DNA of 64,000 bases from Planctomycetota bacterium (GCA_029213105.1 JARGNS010000001.1:5129-69128), one strand, 5' to 3'; positions 40,593 through 49,747 are shown, counted from the stretch's first letter. A program made the numbers and translations. Notes: generated by a model not told the origin, from the letters alone.

Positions 40593-42728
40593 CTACGCCA
40601 CTCCCAGCGGGAAGAGGTAGTTCGCGACCTTGGCGATGAAGTCTTCCTCGTCGTCGAAGTGCGGCGTCGGGTCGTTGCGGAACACGAGGCAGTCGAGTTC
40701 GACACGCGAGTGCTTCTCGATGTACTTGCGTGCCCGGGACTTCGCGCTCCGGATCTTCCCGCCGCGGGCGCGGCCGTGCGGCATCTCGACCGGGTCCGCC
40801 CCGAGGAACTCGTCAAAGGGCGGGCGCGACGCGACCTCCTCCGGCGTCGGGGCAGAGGGCTTCTCGGCGGCCTTCGGGGGCGGCGCCGGGGCCTTCGGGG
40901 GCGGCGGGGGCGCAACGGTTGGCTCGCGGCGCGGAGGCAGCGGGAGGTCCATCTGGTCGGTCGCCTCAGGCACGTCGAGGTCGAAGACCCGCCACGTGTC
41001 GGGCGGCGGCTCCGCGGGCTGGACGGTCGAGGACATGAGGATCTGCAGCTTGCAGTCCGCGAGGGCCAAGAGGACCGAGCTGAGCGTCTCCGGGTCCCAC
41101 GCGCGGTCGTCGGGGACGACGATCGTGAGCGGGGTGGGCCGGAGGTCGTTCACGGCGGCGCACATGGCGCAAGTGACCGCGACGCGCTGCGCCTCGGACA
41201 GGCCGACCTTGAGGTAGCGGCCGAAGGCGTCCTCCTCGTACAGCCCGTAGAAGAAGACGGCGCGGCCGTCGTCATCGAGGGTCACCCCGAAGTCCCACCC
41301 CTCGGGCAGGTAGGCCGAGACGGCCACGCAGAACTTCTCGATGCGCTGGGCGAGCAGCGACTGGATGGTCTTCTGGACGTGCGCCTTGTAGCCCTGGAAG
41401 ACCGCGCCCTCGGCGGTCGACTCGTTGGCGTTCTTCAGCGCGGCGTCCATCTGCACCCACTCGGTCTGCTGCCGCTGCAGGGTCGAGAGGTAGTCGCGAT
41501 GCTGCTGGAGCAGGTCACGAGTCTCGTCGAGGTTCACGTCCTCGGCCTTGACGACCTGAGGCACCGAGCGCAGGTCGGACTCCAACTCGAGGATGCGCCG
41601 GTCGAGCGAGGCCTTTTCGAAGGCGAGGTCACGCACGACGCCCTTGGCCTTGGCGTAGGTGGCGTACCCGGTCTCTGCGTCGCCGACCGCGGAGCGGTAG
41701 TAGTCACGGCAGGACTGCAGGTGGCCCTTCGGGACGCTCTGCGAGCATGCGGGGCACTGGTCGTCCCAGCCGGAGTCGATGGCCCAGTCGAGGCCATCAG
41801 CCATCGCGGTCTGCCCGAGCTGGACCTCACCGTCAGCGGGGTCGGGCTCCGTGAGAGAGGCGAAGTGGCGATCGGCTTCGCGGATGCGGCGCTCGAGGTC
41901 GGGGACCTTGGCGCGCTGCACCGTGAGCTTGCCCTCGATGTCCTTCCGCTGGCGGATGGCGTCGGACTGGGCGTCGGCGCGCACCGCGGCCTCGTAGGCG
42001 GACTCGCACTGGCGCACGTTCTCCTTCTGGGCGAGGATCTGGGCGTCGGTGACCCGAGCTTCGACCGAAGCTGCAAGGCGCTCGTGGAGGCTCCTGGAGG
42101 CCTTGGCGTCGGCGTTGCACTGCCGCTGACGGGTGCCGGCGAGCTTGATGGACTGGGTCAACCGGTCGATGTGGCTGCAGTCGAGACCCTCCGTCAGGTC
42201 GACGTAGACCTTGTAGTCGGGCTTGGACAACTCGGTCTCGATGGCGGCGTCGTCGAGGTCGGCGCAGACCCACTCGGTCAGCCGAGCACGAGCAGCCTTC
42301 GCGTTGCTCGCCAAGACCTCCCGCACCTCTCGGTAGATCAGGTGCGGGCTATGCGCGTCCTTGGTCTCGGGCTGGACCCACTCGGGCTTGATGTGGGTCG
42401 GGGTCTTGACCCGGGCGCCGTCGCGGTGGGTGTTCCACTCGCAGGCCTGCCCGTTGCTCAGGGTGACGCGGGCAAAGAGCTTACCCCCGTCGAAGCCGCG
42501 CTGGTAGGCAAGCCCCATCAGGGTCGAGGGGTCGGAGCAGATCTGGCGACCCGCCACGTCGTCGGCGGCACCAGAGACGGCGAGCGCAACGGCCTGCGAG
42601 ACGGTCGTCTTGCCGGTCCCGTTGGCTCCGATGAAGAGGTTGAGCAGGCCGAGCTTGTAGTTCTTCGGCTTGCCGGCGGTCGACTTGAGGTTGAAGGAGA
42701 CCTCGGTGGCGATGGGCGTGTCAGTCAT
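40593..42728 (-). CDS. SbcC/Rad50/RecF-like P-loop ATPase with Pro-rich linker and C-terminal domain
   Basis: About 711 aa from the ATG at 42728 (MTDTPIATEVSF...). Walker A GANGTGKTT. Long charged helical middle region. D-loop/Walker B-like LTIVVPDD. Confidence 0.5.
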   Translation of the reverse strand: MTDTPIATEVSFNLKSTAGKPKNYKLGLLNLFIGANGTGKTTVSQAVALAVSGAADDVAGRQICSDPSTLMGLAYQRGFDGGKLFARVTLSNGQACEWNTHRDGARVKTPTHIKPEWVQPETKDAHSPHLIYREVREVLASNAKAARARLTEWVCADLDDAAIETELSKPDYKVYVDLTEGLDCSHIDRLTQSIKLAGTRQRQCNADAKASRSLHERLAASVEARVTDAQILAQKENVRQCESAYEAAVRADAQSDAIRQRKDIEGKLTVQRAKVPDLERRIREADRHFASLTEPDPADGEVQLGQTAMADGLDWAIDSGWDDQCPACSQSVPKGHLQSCRDYYRSAVGDAETGYATYAKAKGVVRDLAFEKASLDRRILELESDLRSVPQVVKAEDVNLDETRDLLQQHRDYLSTLQRQQTEWVQMDAALKNANESTAEGAVFQGYKAHVQKTIQSLLAQRIEKFCVAVSAYLPEGWDFGVTLDDDGRAVFFYGLYEEDAFGRYLKVGLSEAQRVAVTCAMCAAVNDLRPTPLTIVVPDDRAWDPETLSSVLLALADCKLQILMSSTVQPAEPPPDTWRVFDLDVPEATDQMDLPLPPRREPTVAPPPPPKAPAPPPKAAEKPSAPTPEEVASRPPFDEFLGADPVEMPHGRARGGKIRSAKSRARKYIEKHSRVELDCLVFRNDPTPHFDDEEDFIAKVANYLFPLGVA

Positions 42729-43000
42729 CAGTTCTGCTCCTGAGCGTCGATCTGGTCCCATAGGACTGCGTCAAGCCCGCCGGAGGTGAGGCGGTCGAGG
42801 CGAGAAGACTCGAGGCCACCAGATCCAGTGGTGTACACCGCCTTCACGGCCTCGGCGACGGCGTCGCTCTGGCTCGCTTCGAACTCTCGGTCGCTCTGAT
42901 CGTCGGCGCCCGCCGCGAAGAGTGCGTGCCGGTCCATCTCGACCTCGAGGTGGATGTGCATGATGACAGGCACGGTGACCTTGTAAGTGTAGTCGGACAT
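42728..43000 (-). CDS. Hypothetical protein (90 aa, acidic)
   Basis: Internal ATG of ORF 42728..43102. Ends ..EQN* with TGATG overlap into the next gene. Confidence 0.4.
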   Translation of the reverse strand: MSDYTYKVTVPVIMHIHLEVEMDRHALFAAGADDQSDREFEASQSDAVAEAVKAVYTTGSGGLESSRLDRLTSGGLDAVLWDQIDAQEQN

Positions 43001-43443
43001 CAGTTCTGCTCCACGATGATGCGGCCCCAGACCTTGAACGAGTCGCCGGGGAGGCGGTCCATGCTGGCGACGTCGAAGATCTCGTCGGTACGGGTGTCCC
43101 ACACCCAGGCGTTCTTGCCCTCACGGCGGAAGCCCTCGATCATCTCGAAGGTCGGTCGGCCAGCGGTGACATCGGTCTGTTCGACGTACTGGGCGGGGCG
43201 CACGATGCCGTGGAAGCGGGGCGCTCCGTCCCAGAGAGCACCGCTCACGACGGTCTGGGGCCACGCCTTCCAGCCACCAGCCTCGGCGGCGCGCTTCTTG
43301 TAGTCGTCGCGGCCAGCGACGACAGTCACGTCGCGGTCGGGGTAGGCCTCGGAGAGGATGTCGGTCAGGATGTCACGCCAGTCGTCGATCTTCTCGTCGG
43401 GGGTGGCGCGGTCGTGGGCGAGGAAGATTCGAAGGTCACTCAT
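43000..43443 (-). CDS. Hypothetical protein (147 aa), possible Rossmann-like nucleoside 2-deoxyribosyltransferase/DUF4406-like fold
   Basis: MSDLRIFLAHDRATPDEKIDDWRDIL... Also ends ..EQN* with the same 15-nt junction. Confidence 0.35.
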   Translation of the reverse strand: MSDLRIFLAHDRATPDEKIDDWRDILTDILSEAYPDRDVTVVAGRDDYKKRAAEAGGWKAWPQTVVSGALWDGAPRFHGIVRPAQYVEQTDVTAGRPTFEMIEGFRREGKNAWVWDTRTDEIFDVASMDRLPGDSFKVWGRIIVEQN

Positions 43444-43452
43444 GGTTGCTCC

Positions 43453-43974
43453 TTAGAAGGGCAGGTCGTCGGTCACTCGGGGGGTTCCGCACTCGCGGCA
43501 GAACAGGTCGCGCTGGTTCGAGAAGTGGCGCCAGTACTCCGCGTCGAAGTCGTCGCGCCACTGCTGCTTCACCAGTTGGTCATGGTCGTAGACGACCTGG
43601 TGGATGCCGAGTCCTCGCAGACCCGGAGTATGCCCAAGCAGTAGGTCTGCAGCTGGTCCGTATTCTCGCAGCGGTTTTCTCCGCTGGCGAGCCAGTCGTG
43701 AACGGACCGCTCCGTAGTTGAGGCCGCGCTCGGCGCAGAACGCTCGCACCGACTTGCGGAGCTTGAGCAGGTTGCAGTCGTAGCAGCACGTCGCGAGGTT
43801 CGTGGCAGCATGTGGGTCACTCGTCTTGCTCCTTGGCTTCAGGTGGTCGACGGTCAGGAAGTTGTCACCCTTCTCGTCGATTAGCTCGATGATCGTCACT
43901 CCGCAGTACACGCAGCGCAGTCCGTCGCGGAGATAGACAGACCAACGCCTCTTCGCACGAATCCACGCGGTCAC
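43453..43974 (-). CDS. HNH endonuclease
   Basis: 173 aa: CVYCG...TVDHLKP...N...CCYDCN, the classic HNH/Zn motif. Confidence 0.7.
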   Translation of the reverse strand: MTAWIRAKRRWSVYLRDGLRCVYCGVTIIELIDEKGDNFLTVDHLKPRSKTSDPHAATNLATCCYDCNLLKLRKSVRAFCAERGLNYGAVRSRLARQRRKPLREYGPAADLLLGHTPGLRGLGIHQVVYDHDQLVKQQWRDDFDAEYWRHFSNQRDLFCRECGTPRVTDDLPF

Positions 43975-44026
43975 TCACACCTCCTTAGCGTTATGCGGTC
44001 TCTTGCGACTGCCCCACGGCAGGCGC

Positions 44027-44419
44027 TCATCGCGTAGGTCTGGCGATCTTCCAGTGCGTGATCGGGTAATCCAGTTCTGACCCCATCGCGCCCCCCGAGC
44101 GCACGCAGTAGACCCGTTGGTTGGGGTGTCCGCTCGAGGTCCCGTGACGACGCCGGGTCAGCGTATTCGGGTTTTCGAGGCGAACTTGATTCGGATGAAC
44201 GACGGCGATGTGACGCTTACCGTCGAGCTTGTCGTACTTGACCCAAAGGGTCGGAAGGCCGAGGCGGCAGCCCCACCCCCGCTCAACCTGAGGATCGGCG
44301 ACGACTTGCGAGCGGAAAGACGTGTGTCCCAAACCGTCAGGGTTGACCACCGATCGCCAGTTGTTAGGCCTTCGGCTCAACTCACACCTCCGCCCAAGTA
44401 CGGCCGACATCGGCCTCAC
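44027..44419 (-). CDS. Hypothetical protein (130 aa) between the HNH gene and the DNA polymerase
   Basis: ORF overlapping the polymerase stop by 38 nt. His/Asn/Pro-rich. Confidence 0.3.
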   Translation of the reverse strand: MRPMSAVLGRRCELSRRPNNWRSVVNPDGLGHTSFRSQVVADPQVERGWGCRLGLPTLWVKYDKLDGKRHIAVVHPNQVRLENPNTLTRRRHGTSSGHPNQRVYCVRSGGAMGSELDYPITHWKIARPTR

Positions 44420-47336
44420 AGGTGAACGGGACGGGCCATCCCGGCACCTTGATGGTCATCAGGCGCGTCATCTCCTTCTGAGCCCACTCCGCGAGATGCT
44501 CAGGCACCTCGACCACGAGGGAGTCGTGGACCTGCGCAGTGATGCCCGTTCCGGGGCCCCACTTGCCAGAGGGGAAGGAGCGCAGGACGCGCATCTCGGC
44601 GATCGACATGATCGCCGACTCGCAGGAGAGCACGGGGTAGTTGACGACCTCGTTCTTCTTGCCCTCCTGCAGCGAGCCGGAGCGGCGACCGAAGAGCGGG
44701 TCCTCCATGAACCCCTGCTGCTCGTAGAGGTCGAGCATGGACTGCCACGCACGCTTCCAGTCGGGCTCGCTCTCGTGCCACACTTGGTCGAAGTAGCGGA
44801 CCTGCCGCAGGTCGAACTTCAGGTACGGCAGCGAGGTCTCGAGCTTGCCCTTCTCGTTGAAGCCCGTCATCTCGGTCGACCGGATGACGCTGTGCTTGGT
44901 CTCCGCGCCCGCCCAATAAATTGACGCGTACCTGTATGTTTTCGTAAGTTCCCGTAATTGCCCAGCTTTTCCCTTCTTCGAGGGCTTGTGGGTCGCCTTG
45001 AGCGAGAAACCCTTCGTCCACCCGGATGCGTTCTCGAAGTCCTTCCCGAAGAGGTCGTGAGCGAGCCAGCAGTGCGGGTCGAGGTTCTGATCGAAGCAGT
45101 CGAGCAGGCGCTCGATCTGCCAGTAGTTCGCCGTGATGACGAGGTGAGCCGCGCTGAGGTCGCACCCGACGAGGACGTTGCCTGGCGCCGCGCAGTAGAC
45201 CTTGCGGACACCGCCGAGGTCCTTGCGGCTCGACTGGTTCTGCATGTTCGGGCCGCTCGAAGAGAATCGACCGACCGCGGTCGTGTGGCTGTTCCAGTTC
45301 GACCGGATGCGGCTGTCCGGGTGGAGTCTCCCCTTCTTGGTCAGACCCAGCGGGGTCAGAGACCGGAGCTGGGTGCCGAGCACCTTCACGACCACGCGCC
45401 GGTACTGGCGGAGCTTCATGAGGAAGTTGAACTGGTCCTTTGACAACTCCGGGTTCGACATGTGGGCGCGGAGGACCGCGTCCCCGGTGCCGGGCAGGCC
45501 CGACTGGGTGTAGAAGTCCTTCGCATCCATGCCGTAGGGGCAGCCGAGGTCCCAGTCCTCGTACAGGAGGTTCCGGATCTGGTCGAACGACCGCGGGTTC
45601 ACCACGTCGTCGTCTGCCTCGACGCTGCCCATGTCGAGCTTCTTCAGGCCGACGCGCGCGGCAAGCTCCTGCAGGTCTCCGTTGAGGTCGACCGAGACCT
45701 TCTCGAACTTCTCGGTCAGGGTCTTGACCAGCGCCTGGTCGACGTAGACCCCGTTCTGGTGCATCTGGACGCACAGGTCCTGCCGTGCGTGGTCGAGGTT
45801 GCGCAGGTCCCACGGACGGGCGCTCGGCCAGTCCACGGGCTTCGCCCAGTCGGGGAGCGGCCGCGCTGCTCCGTTCTCATCCGCGGAGCGGTGCAGCGGC
45901 TCCTTGATGCGGGCGTTGACCACGGTGTCGAACTGGCAGTAGACGAGCCGGTCCTTGACCGTGAGGCGAGAGGTCGCGGTGCCCTCCCCGCTCTCGCTGG
46001 TCTCCCACTTGTGGACGTCCGTGATGCGGCGTCCGGTCGGCTTGAGGCCCTTGGGCAGGTCGGGGTGCGTGAATCGGGTGTCGAACAGCGTGTCGTGCGA
46101 CGGCTGCGGCCGCACGCCAAAGTAGTGCTCCGACACCTGACGGTCGAAGTAGCCCTCGTTGTGGCCGACCTTGAGCTTCGCTGGGTCGGTCAGGAACTCG
46201 ACGATGATCTCCTTGATCTCCGCGAGTTCCTCGGGACCGTACTCCCGCACGCGCTGCGACGGCACGGCGCGGCGGTTGAGGTCCATGTCGAGGTGGATGC
46301 CGACCACCCGGGCGACCTGATGCGGCGTCTCCCACGGCATGGTCGGGTTGCCGTCGACGTCCATGTCAGGGGTCGCGATCGACAGGCAGTCGATGCTGAT
46401 GTCGCGGACGTTGATGCCGTCGGTCTCGTAGTCGTAGACCCAGAACGGCGCCGCGACCGAGAGCCACTCGCGCAACTGCTGCGGGGCTGGCTGGCTGAGG
46501 ACCTCCGGCTCGCGCCACAACAGGGCGTCGTTGAACCAGCGCAGCGCCTTGCCGAGGGTCGCCGTGAACTGCGGCCGGAACTTCGGGGCGTGCTTGATGT
46601 AGCCGGGGTCGAACGTGGGGACGACCTTCACGGTCCAGTCGTAGTCGACCTGCGTCCAGTCGAACGCGTCCCAGAAGAGGCGGCTGGCCTTCCGCTCGAT
46701 CATGTCGCCCTCGAGACGCGACATCGAGTTCGTGGTCTCGAGGAGCTTCTGAGAAGGCGTCGTGCCGAGCGGGAGGATGTACTGGTACTTCGAGGCGATG
46801 CGCAACATGTGCTGTCGGCAGCACTCGACCGGGTGCGGCGCCTCCTTGGCAGCCATCTCCTTGGCCTTCGAGGCCTTAGCGCCGGCGCGCTTGTAGTCCT
46901 TCGCGATCTTCTTGCGCTGGCGCTTGATCGTCGCGTCGAGCTTCTTCCACGGTGCCTTCGCTCCCGGGGGGCGGCAGGCCACGACGTGGGCGAGGTCGAT
47001 GTGAGTACGCTTGAGGCCGACGGCGGCGAGCGATCGAGACCACTCACCGCCGTCGGGGCCCGCCAGCGGACGACCGTACTGCTGGTCGTCCTGCTTGGGG
47101 GCTTCGAGGATACCGAGGACCGTGGACCCCTCGCGAAGCTCCGGCTTGACCGGGCGCCAGGGGCCATCACGGAGACAGCCGTTCGGTCCGAGAGGGCAAC
47201 GGTCGCAGTCTGCGCCGTGTTCGCGGGGGTCGTAGGTCATCAGCAGATCTTCCCACCGTGGCGGTGGCTGCGCGTCTTGTTGTATGCCATCTTCCTCATG
47301 ACAGCCTCCCCGAGGTCGATGCCGAGGGCGCCGCAC
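44382..47336 (-). CDS. DNA polymerase, family A, with 3'-5' exonuclease domain and N-terminal family-4 UDG-like domain
   Basis: 984 aa. N-terminus CDRCPLGPNG..ILEAPKQDDQQYGRPLAGPDG is family-4 UDG-like. Exo I motif YDYETDG. Pol motif A VGCDLSAAHLVITANYW, motif B KTYRYASIYWAG, motif C VHDSLVVEV. Confidence 0.85.
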   Translation of the reverse strand: MRRPRHRPRGGCHEEDGIQQDAQPPPRWEDLLMTYDPREHGADCDRCPLGPNGCLRDGPWRPVKPELREGSTVLGILEAPKQDDQQYGRPLAGPDGGEWSRSLAAVGLKRTHIDLAHVVACRPPGAKAPWKKLDATIKRQRKKIAKDYKRAGAKASKAKEMAAKEAPHPVECCRQHMLRIASKYQYILPLGTTPSQKLLETTNSMSRLEGDMIERKASRLFWDAFDWTQVDYDWTVKVVPTFDPGYIKHAPKFRPQFTATLGKALRWFNDALLWREPEVLSQPAPQQLREWLSVAAPFWVYDYETDGINVRDISIDCLSIATPDMDVDGNPTMPWETPHQVARVVGIHLDMDLNRRAVPSQRVREYGPEELAEIKEIIVEFLTDPAKLKVGHNEGYFDRQVSEHYFGVRPQPSHDTLFDTRFTHPDLPKGLKPTGRRITDVHKWETSESGEGTATSRLTVKDRLVYCQFDTVVNARIKEPLHRSADENGAARPLPDWAKPVDWPSARPWDLRNLDHARQDLCVQMHQNGVYVDQALVKTLTEKFEKVSVDLNGDLQELAARVGLKKLDMGSVEADDDVVNPRSFDQIRNLLYEDWDLGCPYGMDAKDFYTQSGLPGTGDAVLRAHMSNPELSKDQFNFLMKLRQYRRVVVKVLGTQLRSLTPLGLTKKGRLHPDSRIRSNWNSHTTAVGRFSSSGPNMQNQSSRKDLGGVRKVYCAAPGNVLVGCDLSAAHLVITANYWQIERLLDCFDQNLDPHCWLAHDLFGKDFENASGWTKGFSLKATHKPSKKGKAGQLRELTKTYRYASIYWAGAETKHSVIRSTEMTGFNEKGKLETSLPYLKFDLRQVRYFDQVWHESEPDWKRAWQSMLDLYEQQGFMEDPLFGRRSGSLQEGKKNEVVNYPVLSCESAIMSIAEMRVLRSFPSGKWGPGTGITAQVHDSLVVEVPEHLAEWAQKEMTRLMTIKVPGWPVPFTCEADVGRTWAEV
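44921..44950 (+). promoter_or_regulatory. AT-rich island inside the polymerase coding region containing sigma-70-like TTGACG-N18-TAAGTT on the plus (antisense) strand
   Basis: ttgacgcgtacctgtatgttttcgtaagtt read directly. Encodes the conserved motif-B peptide with rare AT-rich codons. Confidence 0.25.
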
Positions 47337-47656
47337 AAGTCGGCGACACGGATCACGACGTCCGCCAGCTCCGCAGGCAGGCCCTCAGGCTTGCCCCTCG
47401 CGTCGAGGTACGTGTGGTTCTCACCCTCGCGGTACGCCTCGAGAGCCTCGCTGACCTCGCTGTGGATCAGCGCGAGCTTCTCCGGCACGGTCTTGAGGAC
47501 GAGGTCGTAGTCGGTTTCGGACTGACTGGGGAGGGTCTGCGCGTCCCACCACCCCTTGTCGAATGCGGTCGAGTGCGCCTCTCCGACGAGGTTGGCGAGG
47601 CCGACATCAATGATGTCGTCGACTGGGAAGGCGTTGCTGACGTCAAGCGTCGCCAT
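47240..47656 (-). CDS. mazG: MazG-like nucleoside triphosphate pyrophosphohydrolase
   Basis: 138 aa: LIHSEVSEALEAYR..ELADVVIRVADLCGALGIDL, the MazG EExxE/helical signature. Confidence 0.7.
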   Translation of the reverse strand: MATLDVSNAFPVDDIIDVGLANLVGEAHSTAFDKGWWDAQTLPSQSETDYDLVLKTVPEKLALIHSEVSEALEAYREGENHTYLDARGKPEGLPAELADVVIRVADLCGALGIDLGEAVMRKMAYNKTRSHRHGGKIC

Positions 47657-47840
47657 TGTCGGGCTCCATGGTCGCGATGAACCGGTCGATGGGCTTCGAC
47701 CAGATGCGGTCGTTCGGGCCGCGGTAGCTGATGGTGATGGGGTAGCGCACGATGTTGGTCGAGTGCTGGTTCGAAACCAGGACGACCTCGTACTTGCGGC
47801 CAGAGTGGTGGACCCACTTGCTGCCGATTTCGATACTCAT
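47643..47840 (-). CDS. Small hypothetical protein (65 aa)
   Basis: ORF with His/Trp-rich composition. Confidence 0.4.
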   Translation of the reverse strand: MSIEIGSKWVHHSGRKYEVVLVSNQHSTNIVRYPITISYRGPNDRIWSKPIDRFIATMEPDNGDA

Positions 47841-47910
47841 TGATGCTCCAGATGAAAGCGGCCCCGCCAGAGAACTGACGGGGCCGCGGTGTCACTCTAC
47901 GCTGCCCTGC

Positions 47911-48567
47911 TCAGCGGGTCGGGGGCGGGGGCATCGGCCGGCTACCACCGCTCGGGGGCGGGGGCGGCATCGTGCGGCTACCACCGCCGTTCGCGGCCGA
48001 GCCGGCGGGGTTGCGGGGGGCGTTGCCGCCACCACCGTTGCCGCGGCGCCACGCGAAGTTCCGGTTGTCGGAGGGCACCGCGCCGGCGGCGACCTTGGCG
48101 TCGAACTCCTCCTTCGTGATGAAGTCGGCGATCTCGCCGTAGGCCTTCTGACCCTTCGGGGTGTCCTTGGGGCGCTCGAGCCACGCGATGTACGCCTCGC
48201 GACCCTCGAACCACGCGGTGTCGAGGCCGTTCTCGTTCATGTAGTCGTCGGTGATGCCGGCGGAGTACGCGACGATCTTGAGGCGGGCGACCATGCCGGA
48301 GATCTTGGTGTTGCGGGTCTCCTCGTCGAGCTGGAGGAGCGCGGGGGCCATCTCACCATCGGCGCCGAAGGGGCAGGAGCCGATGTCCCGGTGCTTGGCA
48401 CCGGACTCGTCGAAGGTCATGTGCAGGAAGTAGCTGAAGTTGCCCTTCGAGTCGGTCTTGCCGCGGTCCTCGAACTTGGTCAGCTTGACCTTGTAGTAGC
48501 CGGTGTCGGGGAGGCGGGCGCCAGCCTTGACGTCGTTGCAGGTCTTGGCGGAAATCACGAAACCCAT
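47911..48567 (-). CDS. Hypothetical protein with Gly/Pro-rich C-terminal tail (possible ssDNA-binding/annealing role by position)
   Basis: 218 aa with a CAA-repeat 5' leader. No motif recognised. Confidence 0.35.
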   Translation of the reverse strand: MGFVISAKTCNDVKAGARLPDTGYYKVKLTKFEDRGKTDSKGNFSYFLHMTFDESGAKHRDIGSCPFGADGEMAPALLQLDEETRNTKISGMVARLKIVAYSAGITDDYMNENGLDTAWFEGREAYIAWLERPKDTPKGQKAYGEIADFITKEEFDAKVAAGAVPSDNRNFAWRRGNGGGGNAPRNPAGSAANGGGSRTMPPPPPSGGSRPMPPPPTR

Positions 48568-48638
48568 GAGGTATGCTCTCTTTTCAGGAAGTTGCGGTTG
48601 TTGTTGTTGTGGTAGTCAGAGACTGCTGACCGCAGCCG

Positions 48639-49634
48639 TCACTCGGACGGAGGAGGGGGAGGACCTGCCGACTTCTTCTTGCCCGGGGTCGGCAGCTTCT
48701 CGAATATGGAAGCGGAGCGTCGCTTGCGGATGACGCCGCGGGCGATGCCGTCCTGCACGGCCCAGCGCATGTGCAACTGGGCGCGGCGACCGCTCTCGGT
48801 CACGAAGCGCGACGCGGCGGCCAGACCGGCCGAGACAGCCTGGTCGATGAGGTCGTCACCAGTACCGGTGGCGATGACGTCGGCGACCACGTCGGCGACC
48901 TCATCCTGCCACTCGAGCCCGGCGATGCGGGTCAGGCGGTAGTCGACGGCGCTGGCCCGGAGGATCTCGCGGACGTTCGGCGGGCTCTCGGCGTAGGCGA
49001 CACCGTTCCGGTCGCCCGTGACCCAGTTGCTGTCCCAGATGTTGACGAACAGGCCGCCCTGCGCCCACGGGTCGGGGTAGTCCTTGTTCACGACGGCGCG
49101 GGCGTTGAAGTCACACCACGCCGGGACTCGAGTCACCTGCTTCTTCGACCCAAGCGACGGACCGCCTGGGATGAAGCCGCCGTCACCGTTGCTGGGAGCC
49201 TGCTCGTGAGCCACGAGGAACAGGTTCACGCCGATGTGTCGGCTGGCCTCGGCGATGCGCAGGAGGCTCTTGTTGAGCTTCTGGTAGGGCGCGAACTTGT
49301 CGACCTTACCGCTCTGCGTGATCTCGGGGTTCTCCTGCCAGAAGGCGATGCTGGCGTCGCAGAGCGCCGTGAAGCCGTCCACGCACACTGCGGGGTACTG
49401 GTCCACGAGGCCGTTGTCCACGAGCATGCGGAGAAGGCTGAGCAGCTCCGGAAGGGTCCGGATTGGGTGCTCGTAGATGATGGGCTCGAAGCCGTACTCG
49501 TTCGCCGCCACGCTCTTGATGGCGTTGATTCCCTCGCCCGGGATCCACAGGGCGTTGGGGAATGCGCTGACGACCATCGAGGTCTTCATGCGCTTGGGCT
49601 GTCCGAAGACGAGCCCCATGACCGTGTCACTCAC
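48639..49634 (-). CDS. RecA-fold ATPase-like protein (Sak4/AAA_24-like recombination candidate)
   Basis: 331 aa. Degenerate P-loop GLVFGQPKRMKTSMVV and Walker B-like NLFLVAHEQ. GTG start preceded by GGAG. Confidence 0.35.
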   Translation of the reverse strand: MSDTVMGLVFGQPKRMKTSMVVSAFPNALWIPGEGINAIKSVAANEYGFEPIIYEHPIRTLPELLSLLRMLVDNGLVDQYPAVCVDGFTALCDASIAFWQENPEITQSGKVDKFAPYQKLNKSLLRIAEASRHIGVNLFLVAHEQAPSNGDGGFIPGGPSLGSKKQVTRVPAWCDFNARAVVNKDYPDPWAQGGLFVNIWDSNWVTGDRNGVAYAESPPNVREILRASAVDYRLTRIAGLEWQDEVADVVADVIATGTGDDLIDQAVSAGLAAASRFVTESGRRAQLHMRWAVQDGIARGVIRKRRSASIFEKLPTPGKKKSAGPPPPPSE

Positions 49635-49730
49635 GGGTCGCTCCAGGTATGTAGTAGTTGTTGTTGTAGTGCCCCGAAAGGCTCAAGGAGCTTAGCACGG
49701 CCCAAGGCGGTGGTCGTGTATCTTTTTCGT

Positions 49731-49747
49731 TCACGATCCTATCGTGA
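49731..49747. promoter_or_regulatory. Perfect palindrome TCACGAT-CCT-ATCGTGA in an AT-rich intergenic region (operator-like)
   Basis: Read directly, inside tatctttttcgttcacgatcctatcgtgattgtgaatcaa upstream of the minus-strand gene that starts at 49634. Confidence 0.35.

Noticed and set aside
40557-47510. Plus-strand ORFs antisense to the ATPase and polymerase genes (40557..42743 at 728 aa, 45462..47510 at 682 aa, 44500..45813 at 437 aa)
   Set aside because: Low-complexity Arg/Gly/Val-rich translations lying antisense or in alternative frames to genes with clear motifs.
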